Shown one piece after another: positions 44,375 through 55,526 of a stretch of 55,526 nucleotides of DNA. How positions within the stretch are numbered: the first letter of the stretch is position 1; the number at the start of each line of letters is the position of its first letter. The position numbers and the translations under genes were made by a program. Under the pieces are notes generated by a model. The model did not search any database and was not told where the DNA came from. It saw only the letters and a list, made by a program, of their open reading frames with translations. This DNA is from Cladosporium halotolerans. Its lineage: Eukaryota. The stretch spans positions 1 through 55,526 of the forward strand of contig NW_027191512.1 in assembly GCF_011745625.1 (NCBI RefSeq), given 5' to 3'.

Positions 44375-45258
44375 TCACTTCTTCTTCTGCTCCAATCCGT
44401 AACCTCCCCTGCCCTCAAGATCCGGGTACGTCTTGCCCTCGGCGGGCAAACCCTTTCTCGGTCCTCTCTCGATCAAATCCTCCCTCAACCAATGCAGCAC
44501 AAGCTGGCCAAGACGGCTGTTGCCTTCCGCACCGCCGTCAGTCTTGGGCACCTCAAAGGTGTCCATCGGACCCCACTTCTTGACCTTGCCCTGCGACATG
44601 TGGACCAGGTGTGTAGGCCACTGCGCCAGGTTGTCTAGAATGTGCGTCGCGTACACGATCGTGCACTCGCGGTTCTCGGTCTCCTGCTTCAGGAAGGTCA
44701 AGAAGTTGTGGCGCGACAGAAGATCCAGGTCCACGGTGATCTCATCCAGCAGAAGGACGGTCCACGGCCTCAGGAGACCCATGCAGAGCTGCACGCGGCG
44801 GCGCTCGCCGTCAGAGACCGCGTGAAGGTGCCAGGAGAGGTCGACGTCGAGGATGCGGACGAGCTCGTCGCGGCGCTCGGGGTAGGAGTCGCCGCCGACG
44901 GATTTGAGGAGCTCCGGCACGGCGATGTCGGAGCGCACGATGGGGTTCAAAACCCATTCCAGACCGAGGTAGGTGACGCCCTCGAGGCCGGTGGTGAAGG
45001 GGTCACGGCCGCCGACGTCCACGGCACCTGGGGGCGCCATGCGTTTGCCGCTCAGAAGGCGGAGGAGGGTTGTCTTGCCCGCGCCGTTCGCTCTGGGGAT
45101 TTAGCATGGGTGTATGTTGAAGGATTACTGGGAGGCTTACCACCGATGAGCAGGTTGCGCGAACCAGCTGGAAGGTCGAGAGAGACATTCTGGAGGCCGC
45201 TGGTGCCGTCAGGGAAGGAGAAGGTGAGATCCTTCGTTGCGATTGAGGGCGAGGGCAT
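44375..45258 (-). CDS. CAF16: CCR4-associated ABC-type ATPase Caf16
   Basis: Exon 1 45258-45141, intron 45140-45091; Walker A GANGAGKTT, TYLGLEW, signature VSDGERRRVQL, Walker B LLLDE, YATH; no TM domain. Confidence 0.92.
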
Positions 45259-45549
45259 TGTGGGCAGCGGGTTTCGAGAAATTGGTATGGCTGAGGGGAG
45301 AGTCGATTCGCCAGCGAAGGTGGTTTCGTTTTTTATGCTTCTTGTTTTGCTGCTTTCTCTCAATTTAATTATCTGCGTATCGCAAAATATTGGCGCCGAT
45401 GACTGTACAGAATGTCGGCATCATGGCCGGCTAGAATCAGACCTTCCCAAAAAGGCATTGTGGACCGTGCAGAATTTACCATCGTACGTTAGAGCTGTCG
45501 AGACAATCGTGCGTTTGCGCCGGCTACGCTCAACCTACGGCGGGTTCCG

Positions 45550-47126
45550 ATGCTAAGATCTCTCATACGCCATACTCGACCCAAGATAATGGGGCCACAG
45601 TCGAAGAGGCTGCCGCTGGTTGCTGTCGTCGGCGCGACCGGCACTGGCAAGTCAGATGTAAGCATCCAAGCCCATTCTCCACAAGCGTCTCGACTGACCA
45701 CCGCAGCCAGCTAGCCGTGTCGCTGGCCCAGCGCTTTAACGGCGAAGTAATCAATGGCGATGCCATGCAATTATACGAGGGTCTGCCCATAATCACCAAC
45801 AAAATATCCGTGGAAGAGAGAAAGGGCATTCCGCACCATCTGCTCGGCAGCATTGGCATCGACGAACCGACGTGGGTGGTTGGCACGTTTGTCAAGCACG
45901 CTCTGGCCACAGTTGAGGAGATTCGGAGCCGAGGGAAAGTTCCCATACTGGTGGGTGGTACACACTATTACACCCAGAGCCTGTTGTTTCGAGATCGCTT
46001 GACCGAGGCGGAAGAGCAGACGGGTGGGGAGGAACGGAAGGAAGCGGACAATAAAGATGGAGCGCAAGGGCCTGGAGAGGATTTGGAGGACAAGTTCCCG
46101 ATTCTGAAAGAGTCAACGGACAAGCTGCATGAGAGACTGCGAGATGTCGACCCCATCATGGCCGACCGTTGGCATCCCAACGATCGAAGGAAGATCCAAA
46201 GGAGCTTGGTCATATATCTGCAGACTGGTCGCAAGGCTTCAGACATCTACGCTGAGCAGCGTCTGGCCAATGCAAAGCAGAATGGTGATTCTACAGACGG
46301 AGTGGAAGAATCCGGCCTCCGCTTCCCTACCTTGTTGTTCTGGATCCACGCCGAGACCGAGACTCTGCGAACACGATTGGACAGTCGCGTCGACAAGATG
46401 CTGTCGCAAGGTTTGCTCGATGAGGTCAACCAGCTGTTCGATCACACCGAAGCCAAAAGCATCGAAGGCAAGCCTGTCGACGAAACCCGCGGGATCTGGG
46501 TTAGCATCGGCTACAAAGAGTTCAAAACGTACATAACCGCGCAGCGATCCGGCACAACAAGCGACTCTGAGCTAGAGAAGCTTAAAGGCGACGCCGTCGA
46601 AAGAACGAAGGCCTCCACCCGCCAATACGCCAAACGCCAAATCCGATGGATACGAATCAAACTGCTGCACGCGCTTGCCGCCGCAAACGCAGACCGGTCG
46701 ATGTACCTTCTCGACGGATCGAACGTCTCTCAGTTCTCGGGAAGCGTCGTCGATTCGGCGATTGAACTCACCGCTGCTTTCCTCTCTGAGTCTTCCATGC
46801 CGGACCCGAAGACTCTCTCAGATGTGGCCGCGAGGCTGCTCACTCCCGAACAGAGTCATGACCTAGCGGCCACGCCCCAGAAGTGGATCAAGCGGATTTG
46901 TGAATTGTGCGGCGTCACATGTATGACGGAGAAGCAGTGGGAGGCGCATACGCGGAGTCGATCGCATCGGAGGGTCGTTAGCAACAAGCGCAAGCGAGAG
47001 GACAGCGAGAGAGATCGAAAGGAGGAGACGCCAGCCCAGGAACTTGTAAATGTCCTTGAGCAGCAGGTCCGCGGAGGCACCTTGGATGCTGAACGCGACA
47101 ACGAAGATAAAGAGCCACAGCGGTGA
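45550..47126 (+). CDS. MOD5: tRNA dimethylallyltransferase (tRNA isopentenyltransferase)
   Basis: VVGATGTGKSD, intron 45658-45710, INGDAMQLYEGLPIITNK, VGGTHYY, WHPNDRRKIQRSL, SIGYKEF, TRQYAKRQ, C-terminal zinc finger CELC...H...H. Confidence 0.95.
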
Positions 47127-47620
47127 AAGGGCACGACAAACTAAGCCTTGGGAGTTTTCTCGGTTTCTGCGACTCCTGGACATCACACGGCACACGAACC
47201 CAAGTTAGCTGCCACCCGGATTGGCGTTCCTATTGCCCCTGAAGCCATATTCCCGGCATCGACACCTTTGATGTACCGATCGATCGAGCTGCCAACGGCA
47301 GTCGTGAGATCGCCAAGTCATGCCTCAGTTATAGCTTATGATCTTCAGGATCTACTTTGTAGCTGTAAGAGAGGCAGGAGGGCGCAAGTTATGCCGGTCT
47401 CTTGCTCGGGCGGCAATGCTGCAAGAACCGCCTCCCACAGCTTATCATAACCACCCGACCATAAACCATGGTCAACACTAAGAATCATGATCCATCAGAA
47501 AAGAGCTTATATAACCACGTTTTAAGTCCAACAGACATCAATCGTATCAAACACCCAAGGCAGACACGCCCTCGATTCGTCAGAGAAATCCAACACCCAT
47601 TCGCCCAGTCAACTTAAAGC

Positions 47621-48264
47621 TCACACTCCCTGCGCAACAGCAACCTTCGAAGAATACTGCTGCAGCTCGCTCGCGCTCCCCTGCATGCTGAAGAAGCCCC
47701 TCCTGACCCTGTGCATGATGATGCCTCCATAGATCACCTGTCCGATCGCGCACAACCTATTCATTTCGTCAGCAAAAGAAGAACTCGCCAATTGAACACA
47801 CAGGGTGCCAACATACGCAATGATCAAGCTCAGCACGATGTCCAGCGCGCTCGAGCTTCCCACTCCCGCGCTTGCGACGCAGTTGAGTAAGAACCAGATG
47901 ATCCAGATCAGCGTCTTGATGCAAGCGGAGATGAGTTGGAAGATGGGGCCGAGGCGGCGGGCAGCGAGGAGGCCGACTTCGACGAGCGTGAGGACGATGC
48001 AGAAGCCCGAGAGGGCGAGGACGACACCGCCGGCAGCGCTGTGAGGGGGAGTGTCAGTGGATTAGGATCTTGGGAGATTGGTGGATCGTGTGAGGCGACG
48101 TACGCGTAGGCGTCGGAATAGTCGTAGTAGTAGCTGCTATCGCTGGTGGCGGAGGCGTAAGAGAGGACGATGCAGGCGAGGACGAAGAAGACGGCGAGGA
48201 CGATAAGCTGGATCGTCCAGAGGGGGATAAGGACGCGCTTGAGCCACATCTTGGGGTTGGCCAT
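47621..48264 (-). CDS. Small four-TM membrane protein (MARVEL-like)
   Basis: MANPKMWLKRVLIPLWTIQL...; introns 48103-48039 and 47816-47757; four hydrophobic segments. Confidence 0.7.
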
Positions 48265-49382
48265 TGTTGCTTCGGCTTTGGGAGTACGAGGGTGGTTGTT
48301 GCTGTACTGTCGCGATGCGCTGTATGGTATGTCTTTGATTGATCAATCAACGGAAGAAGTATCTGTCTTCTTGGAATTGACCAGAGCGTGTGTGACAATC
48401 AAAGATAGAGAGTAGAGTAGTATGATGAGAGAAGAACCACAACAATAGCAGACATAAGACCAACACCCTCGCCAATGCTCCCACCCCAAGCCTTAAGTAC
48501 CTGATCGCAGACCAGCACCAACCCACCACCGCCCCCGTAACACAACCGCGTTCCGCCCTCCAACCAGTCACCGCGGCTGCACACACTCGCACACTCGCAC
48601 ACAGCCCAGCGGCGCAGAGCAGCGCAGCGCATCCTCCCGACCAATACCCGGAGGGCGCCAAGGCCCGTAGACGAGGCGGTTACGGGAAGGATTCAGCCCG
48701 CTTTGGGGGCTCTGATGAGACGATCCCTGCTCTCAGCCTCAGCCTCAGCCTGGTGGCCGGGGGAGCGACAGAACACCTGCACGCGGGCTCTGCCCACGCT
48801 GCCCGGGCTGCGGTAAGACACGTGCGGATGCAGTGTAGGTGGGCCGCGGGCGCGGCTGTTTGGGTGGTGCAGGTGGTGCAGGTGGCTTGCTTGGGAGATG
48901 GGGAGCTGAGGGTCAGGCTGCTGCGCTGTCGCGATGGTCTATATTGCGCGATGGAGGATTGCACCTAGAGACTGCGCCGGATAGAGTTTCGTCTGCGGTG
49001 TAGAAGGAGCTGCGCTACATGTTCTTTCGACGTCACTTGTTGCGATCGGCGCCCTTCTCTGGGTCTTGCCGTGGCGCAGGGTGCTAGGCTGAGAACAAGG
49101 CATGGCAGATCATGGCATTGTCCGCGGTGCATCAGGCTCATGAGACTCAACATCCGTGACGGGCTGAGGTCCGCAAGGCTCAAGATGCAGCCTCGTCACA
49201 CCAAATTTCAGGCTGCATGATCATTGGATATATATTTAGTTATCACAGACTGACACCGGATATCCTCGCCCGGTGGAGAGATCTCGACCACGAGATGTCC
49301 AGGATCACATCGGACGAGATGCGCCTCTGTGACCCCAATTGGGAAGCCTGGCTACTTTTTCAAAGCACGCATGGCGCGACGC

Positions 49383-50737
49383 TCACGCCTTTCTATCGCC
49401 GTCAAGCTCATTCGTGACCGCCACGAACGCCTCCCACTGTTTCAGCGCAGCACCGCTCTGAATGCACCATCTAGCCCTCCTCAGACCCTCTTTCCATCTC
49501 AGGCCGCCCGGTCCGCGCTCCTGCACGACCTTGCCATCGTCTCCCTCGCCCATGTTGCTCACCTCCGCCTCGCAAATGCCACTGACAGTAATAAGAGCCG
49601 CAGTGTTAAGCAGCACGAATTGCAACACCGGGTCGTCGGCCGGGCGCTCGTTGCGCAGAATCTGCATCAAAATCTGCGCGTTCTCGTTCGGACCCTTGCC
49701 GCCGTGCACAGTCGTAAGCGGGTGACACTGCAAGCCGAAGTCCTCAGGCGAGAGCATGAATTTCGAGATCTCAAGCTTCGAAGGGCTGTTGACGTCGTCG
49801 TCACTGTCGTCTGAAGACGCGTCCTTATCGGCCTCGGACCTCTCGGGCTTGCCGCGGATGTACCAGCAGTGCGTGGGGCCGGCGCAAGAGATCTCGTCGA
49901 GGTTCTCGTCGCCGCAGGTGACGAGGGCTTTCTTCGCGCCGCTGAGACGAAGGGCTTCGGCGAAGTTGACACCGATGTCTTTGCGCGCCACACCCAAGAT
50001 GCGGGCCTCGATGAGGCCGGTGTCGTGGACGGGGTTTGCGAGGGGTCCGAGGAGATTGAAGATCGTGCGGACTGGGACTTCCTTGCGGACGGCGGCGGCG
50101 TACTTCATACCAGGGTGCCATTCGCGGGCGTAGAGGAAAGCGTAGTTGCTGCGGGAATAGATTGACGGTAGGTTTTCTGCTGTCGTTGCGCTGATTACAG
50201 GCGGGTTGGGAGAGCGTTGAAGAAGATCTGCGGAACCGGAGAGGGATGTTGAAGAGTTGTTGCCGTGCTTCGCCATCATGAGGAGGGAGCTGGCTACGAT
50301 TGAGGATGTTGTAGAAATGTTGAAGGTGTTGTGGCCATCACCGCCTGTACCGACGATATCAACCTGTTCATTTTGTGAGCCAAAGTGCAAGCACTCCTAG
50401 CAACGTTAGATCTTACCAGTCCACCGTGGTAGTTGCCTTCGGGCTTCGCTTTGGAAGATACAGCGTTGTGGAGAGCGCTGCGATCGACCTGTGCAGCCGC
50501 TGACCGCATGTATGCGGCCGTAGTGGCAAGCACCTCGGGATTGTGGTCCATTCCAGTCGTGTGAAGAGCCCATAGCAGCAGCGAAAATTGGATTGGCGAT
50601 ATCCGGTTCTCGAAGATCAGAGTGACGGCTGCGGCGATGTCTTTGGGCGTTGCCTTCATCGCACCACTTAGAGTGGCGAGCTGCTTGAGGAGAGGCGTCA
50701 CGGATACGAAGTCCTGACGCTCTGCAGTCGCAGCCAT
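49383..50737 (-). CDS. TRP4: Anthranilate phosphoribosyltransferase
   Basis: Intron 50416-50364; VDIVGTGGDGHNTFNIST, AKHGN, GSADLL, RTIFNLLGPLANP, LDEIS. Confidence 0.97.
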
Positions 50738-51211
50738 GTTGCTGGTCTTTCTCTGGGCCTGCAATGTCCAATTGAGGAAAGGTGTTATATTATGAGGAAA
50801 CACGCAGCGTGTGAATCTAGCTGCAGAGATAAGTACCAATGATCCAATCTTGAATGTAACTCGCTGTGTTCATTGTCCAGAAAGAGACATTTTCGAGTGG
50901 TGGAAAAGAATACCTAAATATTGATATGCTATTCCAGCCGTTGACTGCAGCCATTGAATCATGTGCGGGATCGTCAGCGGGGTGTGAGTCGAGCGGGCGG
51001 CGGCATCGGGGCGCGGGCAGACACAAGCCACAGCGGAAGTGCCACACTTGCTCCGTCCAGCTTTCTGCGACTTCACCACCCACAGCCAGAGCCAGCGCAG
51101 CGAACAGCGATTGGCAAGGGAGGCATTGGCTTGCTGCTCTCGACATCACTGCGCGTTCTCTCGCGGACTCTACACCACCTTCAATCTCATCCCGCGCGCA
51201 CGCCATTCACG

Positions 51212-52258
51212 ATGCCTCCTCGGTTACGCCTCCAATCGAAGCAGCTACGCCTCGCTGCCACCACCACCCGCGCACCACAATATGTCTGCTGGCAATGCCG
51301 ACACGCATCTACCGCCGCCGCGAGCACAACCACGCCTGCGCCGCCCATAGACCATATGACACACGCGCCGCGACCCATCTCACACTACCCTCCGACCCAG
51401 CCGCCCTCCTACAAGCCTCCTGAGTTCCGCAAATCGCAGCTGCACCGCCAGTACCAGTCTGTTCTGCGCTCGTCGCCCCTCATGCTGCTCTTCCAACACA
51501 ACAACATCAAGGCCACGGAATGGACGGGTATTCGACGAGAACTGGCCAATGCGCTGAAGAAGGCGGATGAGGAGCTGGCGCGCAGCGGAGACGAGACTAT
51601 GGTTGGCAGCAGCTCAAAGCTGCAGATTGTGCAGACGGGCATTTTCGCATCCGCGCTGAAGGTCGTAGAGTTCTGGGAGCCCAAATACCTGGATCAGCCT
51701 CCCGTCAATGAGCCTACAGACCCCAAAGTGTCATCCAGCACGCCCATCCACGACACACAACCTACCAACAGGGACCCCAGCCTGACACACGGTCTTTCGA
51801 AGAACGCATACCTCGCAGCAAGGAACGCGAAGCTGCAGCACGGTCTGGAACCCCTTCTTTCCGGCCCCATGGCCATCCTGACGCTGCCCACCGTCAGCCC
51901 CGCCCACGTCAAAGCCGCGCTCTCCATCCTCTCGCCCTCCAAGGAAATTCCCGCACCGAAGAGAAGAACAACGCCCAGCTACCACGACCCGACCGTGCAA
52001 ACCGGCCTGAAGAAGCTGATGTTCCTTGGCGCACGCGTCGAAGGCAAGGTCTTCGACATGGACGGCGCCAAGTGGGTCGGCAGTATCGAGGGCGGCCTCA
52101 CGGGCCTGCGCGCACAGCTCGTCGGCATGTTGCAGGGCATCGGCTCTGGTCTCACAAACACCCTGGAGTCGGCTGGAAAGTCTCTCTACCTTACCGTTGA
52201 GGGTAGGAGGGGGATGCTCGAGGATGAGCAGAAGGAGGGTAAGAGCGAGGGCCAGTGA
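51212..52258 (+). CDS. MRPL11: Mitochondrial large-subunit ribosomal protein uL10m (yeast Mrpl11-like)
   Basis: Arg-rich presequence with CWQCR; RKSQLHRQY, LLFQHNN, LEPLLSGP, GARVEGKVFD, GLRAQLVGML. Confidence 0.82.
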   Translation: MPPRLRLQSKQLRLAATTTRAPQYVCWQCRHASTAAASTTTPAPPIDHMTHAPRPISHYPPTQPPSYKPPEFRKSQLHRQYQSVLRSSPLMLLFQHNNIKATEWTGIRRELANALKKADEELARSGDETMVGSSSKLQIVQTGIFASALKVVEFWEPKYLDQPPVNEPTDPKVSSSTPIHDTQPTNRDPSLTHGLSKNAYLAARNAKLQHGLEPLLSGPMAILTLPTVSPAHVKAALSILSPSKEIPAPKRRTTPSYHDPTVQTGLKKLMFLGARVEGKVFDMDGAKWVGSIEGGLTGLRAQLVGMLQGIGSGLTNTLESAGKSLYLTVEGRRGMLEDEQKEGKSEGQ

Positions 52259-52688
52259 GTGGAGTCTTGAATGGGACTGTAAGATATTACCCAATTGTCA
52301 TCAATATATTCCGAGTGCGACCGCATCTATGCGCACGTCAATGCAATTGCTACTTTTTGATCAAATCAGTCCGATTGCGTGAAAAGCGAGACGTGAGAAC
52401 TTTTCCCTGTGCTCTCCGCGAGTCGAAGCTACTGACAACAACTTTGCTCGCCACTTAGGTCGGGTGTCAGAGAGATTTTGGGGCTCGATGGATCATGCAG
52501 GAATTTGCTACGCCTTTCGTGTTGGAGTATTTCGGTTTTTGAGTGTCGAACAGAAACGTTTGAAGCAACTGATACTCGCCAGAAAACCCGAGACTATTCT
52601 TCGATGCTATACATCTTGCCTACATAACCGCGCCAGACGATGCCGAAGAACCTCCATCGTATCACTACATCTCAATATTCCATCCAAG

Positions 52689-53822
52689 ATGACCGGCGAA
52701 AAACGAAGGGATAGCGTTCTCGAGCCTGACAGCAGCATTGTTGATACATATGGTCATCCAACCGAACCTGACTCGGCAATCAAGGATGCTGAAGCAACAG
52801 TCCCTTCTACACCTCACGACAGCGACAATGAGGATAAGGAGCCCGCAGTGAGCATGACCTATGTCACAGTCCTAGCAACACCCACCAGCAGTCTCACCCC
52901 TTCGATCCCCAGCTCTCCCCTCCTTCCCTCCAACCCTCCACAACCCACCCTAACCCTCCTCTGCAACTCCTCTCCCGCCCCACTAACCCTCCCCTCCGCT
53001 CTCCTCGCGCAAAACTCCCGACTCTTCCGCACCCTCAGCCAAGACGCATCCCAGCCCCTCATCGCCACGCCCAACAACCCTCTACACCTAAACATCGACC
53101 ACGAAGCCTTCACCGTCTTCGCGCGCTGGCTGCGCGGCGGTAAGATCCACGTGCCCTTCGGCGACGAGAACGGCTTCGCGACAGACCTCTACCTGCTCAT
53201 GCGCGCGCACGCCGCCGGCGAAGCGCTGGGAGCGGACGTGTTTGCGGACATGTGTCTGGACGAGATAATTGGTGAATTAGTTGAGGGCGAGGAGAGCGAG
53301 GACGGAGACGAGAGCGACGACGACAGCTGGACGAAATTAGACGCGCGCTCGAAATCTTGCGACCTGGAGATCTTGCTGCAAGCCGCCGCCGCGATCTGGC
53401 CGGCGGGCTCGCTGGGCCGCGAGCTGCTGGTGGACTGGTACGTGTACTCGCCTGCGTGCGCGGTGCACAACCTGACGACCGAGGCGGTAGTGGAGTTGGG
53501 GGATTTGGATCTTGCGGCGAGGTGTATGTTGCGGGGGAAAGAGGCGCAGAAGGATGGGGCGGGGAGGGCGCCGTATTTGGTGGATCCGTGTCGGTATCAT
53601 CAGCATCGGGCGTTGGGGCTGCCGTGCTATAAGAGGAGTAGGGGGAGTGTATATAGTGGGCTGGAGTATGCCGTTCGGTGTGGGATGGTGGGTTGGACTG
53701 AGGAGGATGCGGAGAGCGATGGGTCCGAAAGGGATGGGGTCACGTTGTGCGAGTATGAAGAGTGTGTGAAAGAGAGCTTGGAGCTGTTTGGCGGGGACGA
53801 GGTTTTTGATGTGGATCGATAA
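52689..53822 (+). CDS. BTB/POZ-like domain protein
   Basis: LLAQNSRLFR...IDHEAFTVFARWL...FADMCLDEI and the C-terminal DPCRYHQH...PCY motif typical of fungal BTB proteins. Confidence 0.7.
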   Translation: MTGEKRRDSVLEPDSSIVDTYGHPTEPDSAIKDAEATVPSTPHDSDNEDKEPAVSMTYVTVLATPTSSLTPSIPSSPLLPSNPPQPTLTLLCNSSPAPLTLPSALLAQNSRLFRTLSQDASQPLIATPNNPLHLNIDHEAFTVFARWLRGGKIHVPFGDENGFATDLYLLMRAHAAGEALGADVFADMCLDEIIGELVEGEESEDGDESDDDSWTKLDARSKSCDLEILLQAAAAIWPAGSLGRELLVDWYVYSPACAVHNLTTEAVVELGDLDLAARCMLRGKEAQKDGAGRAPYLVDPCRYHQHRALGLPCYKRSRGSVYSGLEYAVRCGMVGWTEEDAESDGSERDGVTLCEYEECVKESLELFGGDEVFDVDR

Positions 53823-54768
53823 ATGGCATGACAGGGCTTCTCTTGGGTAGTGGCTGGCGGACTTTGATCGGGCGTTTTTGCCTTGGAAGCTTGGTGAACT
53901 ATGCCTTACCTGTATGAAGACATTCGGCTGTATCACTACTCAAGCATGATATACCATTTACCCTAGCACGGCGCGATCGTCATGCCTTGATCTTGGTGTG
54001 CCACTGGTTTTTCCTGCTTCTCTACGGGTCTGCATACTTGGTGAACATTCGCAATCATTGCTTGAGATCTTGGTGTCAGGGTCTGGAAACCCATCAAGTG
54101 ATGTGATACTAGACCGGAGTGAGACAGGTCTAACTTCTGATGTGACGATGGGAAGTGCTCCGCCAGAATCCACACATCAAGAATCGGCATGTTGATATCT
54201 CTCTGATTTTCTCGAATGTGCCCTTGCTGTGTGTAACCTTCTCGAGTGGCTGATTGGCTCTCCAGACTGTTCACCGGAGTGAGGCTGTGGGCCAAGGAGA
54301 CTTGCAGTTGAGACGTCACCAGCTGAATCCTCCATCCTGCGTGGCCCAGCTACAGAACCCTATTTCCTCATCACGCATTCTCTAATAGTCCTGCAGAGCA
54401 TTCCACGGCTTGAACGCTTTCAGATCAAGGTCTTGGTATCATGGCGATATCTTCTATTTCACATAGTGACCGGCTATGAATGACCACGCGCTTCGTTGAG
54501 GACAGTGTTTCTTGGGCGGCAATCCTTCAGCCAAGATACCGCACCGCCGACGTCTCGCTCGCCAAGGATGAATTGCAGCCTAGTGCAACTATTGTGCATA
54601 GACCTGATGGGCTATGCAGCTCAGCCGCAATCATGGTCGCGGCTATAGAAGGACGGCAAGAGTGCGGCGCCATTGTAAGTCGCAAGAGCGCTTCCTCCGT
54701 CCTGCTTTTCGTACTTTCATTTTGCTTGCGTTCATCCGTTCGAACCCCAGAAATTGGGATCGTTCGTC

Positions 54769-55427
54769 ATGGCTTCACCCGAGATCGACTACAGCGCAAT
54801 CGATGCGTTCGAGCCAGTCGAGCTTCTGCAGCTACCGGAGACACATAGGTAAGTCAGTCCGTCCCATGCTTCACACCCAAATCGCTCTCTTGCCGTGCTC
54901 AATCTCATTCTCAAGCTACCGGTCACGTCAGTCGAGCCTTGAAGTAGATAGAGACAATCATGGCTTACTCAAGAGCACACCGACGGTTCACTCCGCACTC
55001 TCGACAACGGAAACAGACAAAGGTTTTGTCACGACCATCAAGAACATACGACAGCGTCTACGTGGATGGCGCTCTGGTGTCTTACTCTCCAGCGCCATGG
55101 CAAACTTTGTATTGGTGGTGAACTGCGTCGCAGCGATTACCATCCATTCTAAATACGGCACCAAAGATGGCGTGAGCACGGCATTTGAAGGCGACCGTCA
55201 TGTCGCAAACCAATGGTTCCTTGGCCTTCACGTTGTGATCAACGCTCTTAGTTCGTTCCTGCTCAGCGCCTCCAATTATACGATGCAGGTAATCAATGCG
55301 CCGGGTGCTCAGAGTGTGACAAGGCGCATGCTCGTGGCCATTGGCTGGACATAGGTATAACTAGCTTGCGAAATATCTCCAGGGTTACATGGCCACGGCG
55401 GGTGCTCTGGCTGCTCTTGGATTCAGC
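54769..55427 (+). pseudogene. DUF6536-like membrane protein, frameshifted and truncated
   Basis: Exon 1 54769-54848, intron 54849-54915; GWRSGV...LHVVINALSSFLLSASNYTMQVINAP. The expected continuation ECDKAHARGHWLDIGITSLRN...LWLLL is in another frame from about 55309. Protein-like sequence ends at about 55427. Confidence 0.75.
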
Positions 55428-55526
55428 CAGACTTCTGCACAACCAAGCACTGCTTGATGCTTGATCAAGCGCTTGATCAAGCAGTCAATCAATCAAAAGT
55501 TGCGCAGCCAATCAAGCAATCAAGCG
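55428..55526. mobile_element. Probable terminus of a DNA transposon (hAT-like) or MITE
   Basis: Begins CAGACTTCTGCACAACCAAG. Seven copies of GCTTGAT/ATCAAGC in both orientations within 55452-55525, including a perfect 26-bp palindrome at 55458-55483. Abruptly interrupts a gene and runs off the window. Confidence 0.55.

Noticed and set aside
48560..48760. Short repeats (CTCAGC x3, GCACACTC x2)
   Set aside because: Ordinary low-copy microsatellite-like sequence.
50950..50995. Gcn4/CpcA sites upstream of TRP4 (TGAATCA, TGAGTCG)
   Set aside because: Each has a mismatch to TGASTCA; too weak to call without conservation data.
1865..52258. Apparent enrichment of RNA-metabolism genes (DCP2, CWC23, MKT1, CAF16, MOD5, uL10m) as a functional cluster
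   Set aside because: They are dispersed over 50 kb among unrelated genes and belong to a large functional class; no evidence of co-regulation.
55289..55312. GTAATC...CTCAG mini-intron that might repair the DUF6536 frameshift
   Set aside because: Only 24 nt, far below the 50-nt minimum seen here; being 3n it cannot change frame, and it would delete conserved residues.

Overview
Eukaryotic, gene-dense (about 29 genes or pseudogenes in 55.5 kb) filamentous ascomycete DNA. Introns are short (50-125 nt) with GT-AG ends and CTRAY-type branch sites; the protein style suggests a Dothideomycete, possibly Capnodiales/Mycosphaerellales (inference). Recognisable core genes are DCP2, CWC23, LIG4/DNL4, IRS4-like, sphingolipid C9-methyltransferase, JMJD7-like JmjC, PQ-loop transporter, PPPDE-thioredoxin-PUL protein, MKT1, CAF16, MOD5, TRP4 and mitochondrial uL10. 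Accessory genes include an HSL-family esterase, an ankyrin protein, a RapZ-C-like protein, an AMP-binding enzyme, an F-box-like protein, a GH5 glucanase, DUF3431, a DUF676-like lipase, a Zn2Cys6 transcription factor, BTB and DUF6536-like proteins. I saw no tRNA, rRNA, CRISPR array or secondary-metabolite backbone gene. The most notable signals are: (i) three accessory genes within about 5 kb each interrupted by a single in-frame stop, plus two probable frameshifts elsewhere, while core genes look intact; (ii) a palindrome-rich, transposon-terminus-like sequence cutting a gene at the right edge; (iii) a 44-bp tandem duplication with a telomere-like seed at the left edge, next to an orphan protein with a duplicated domain; (iv) recurrent sub-kb C-rich to G-rich skew flips; (v) splice and translation-start oddities in CAF16 and MOD5. 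I cannot demonstrate a new biological system from sequence alone. Exon boundaries were derived by hand and family calls come from remembered motifs, not database searches.
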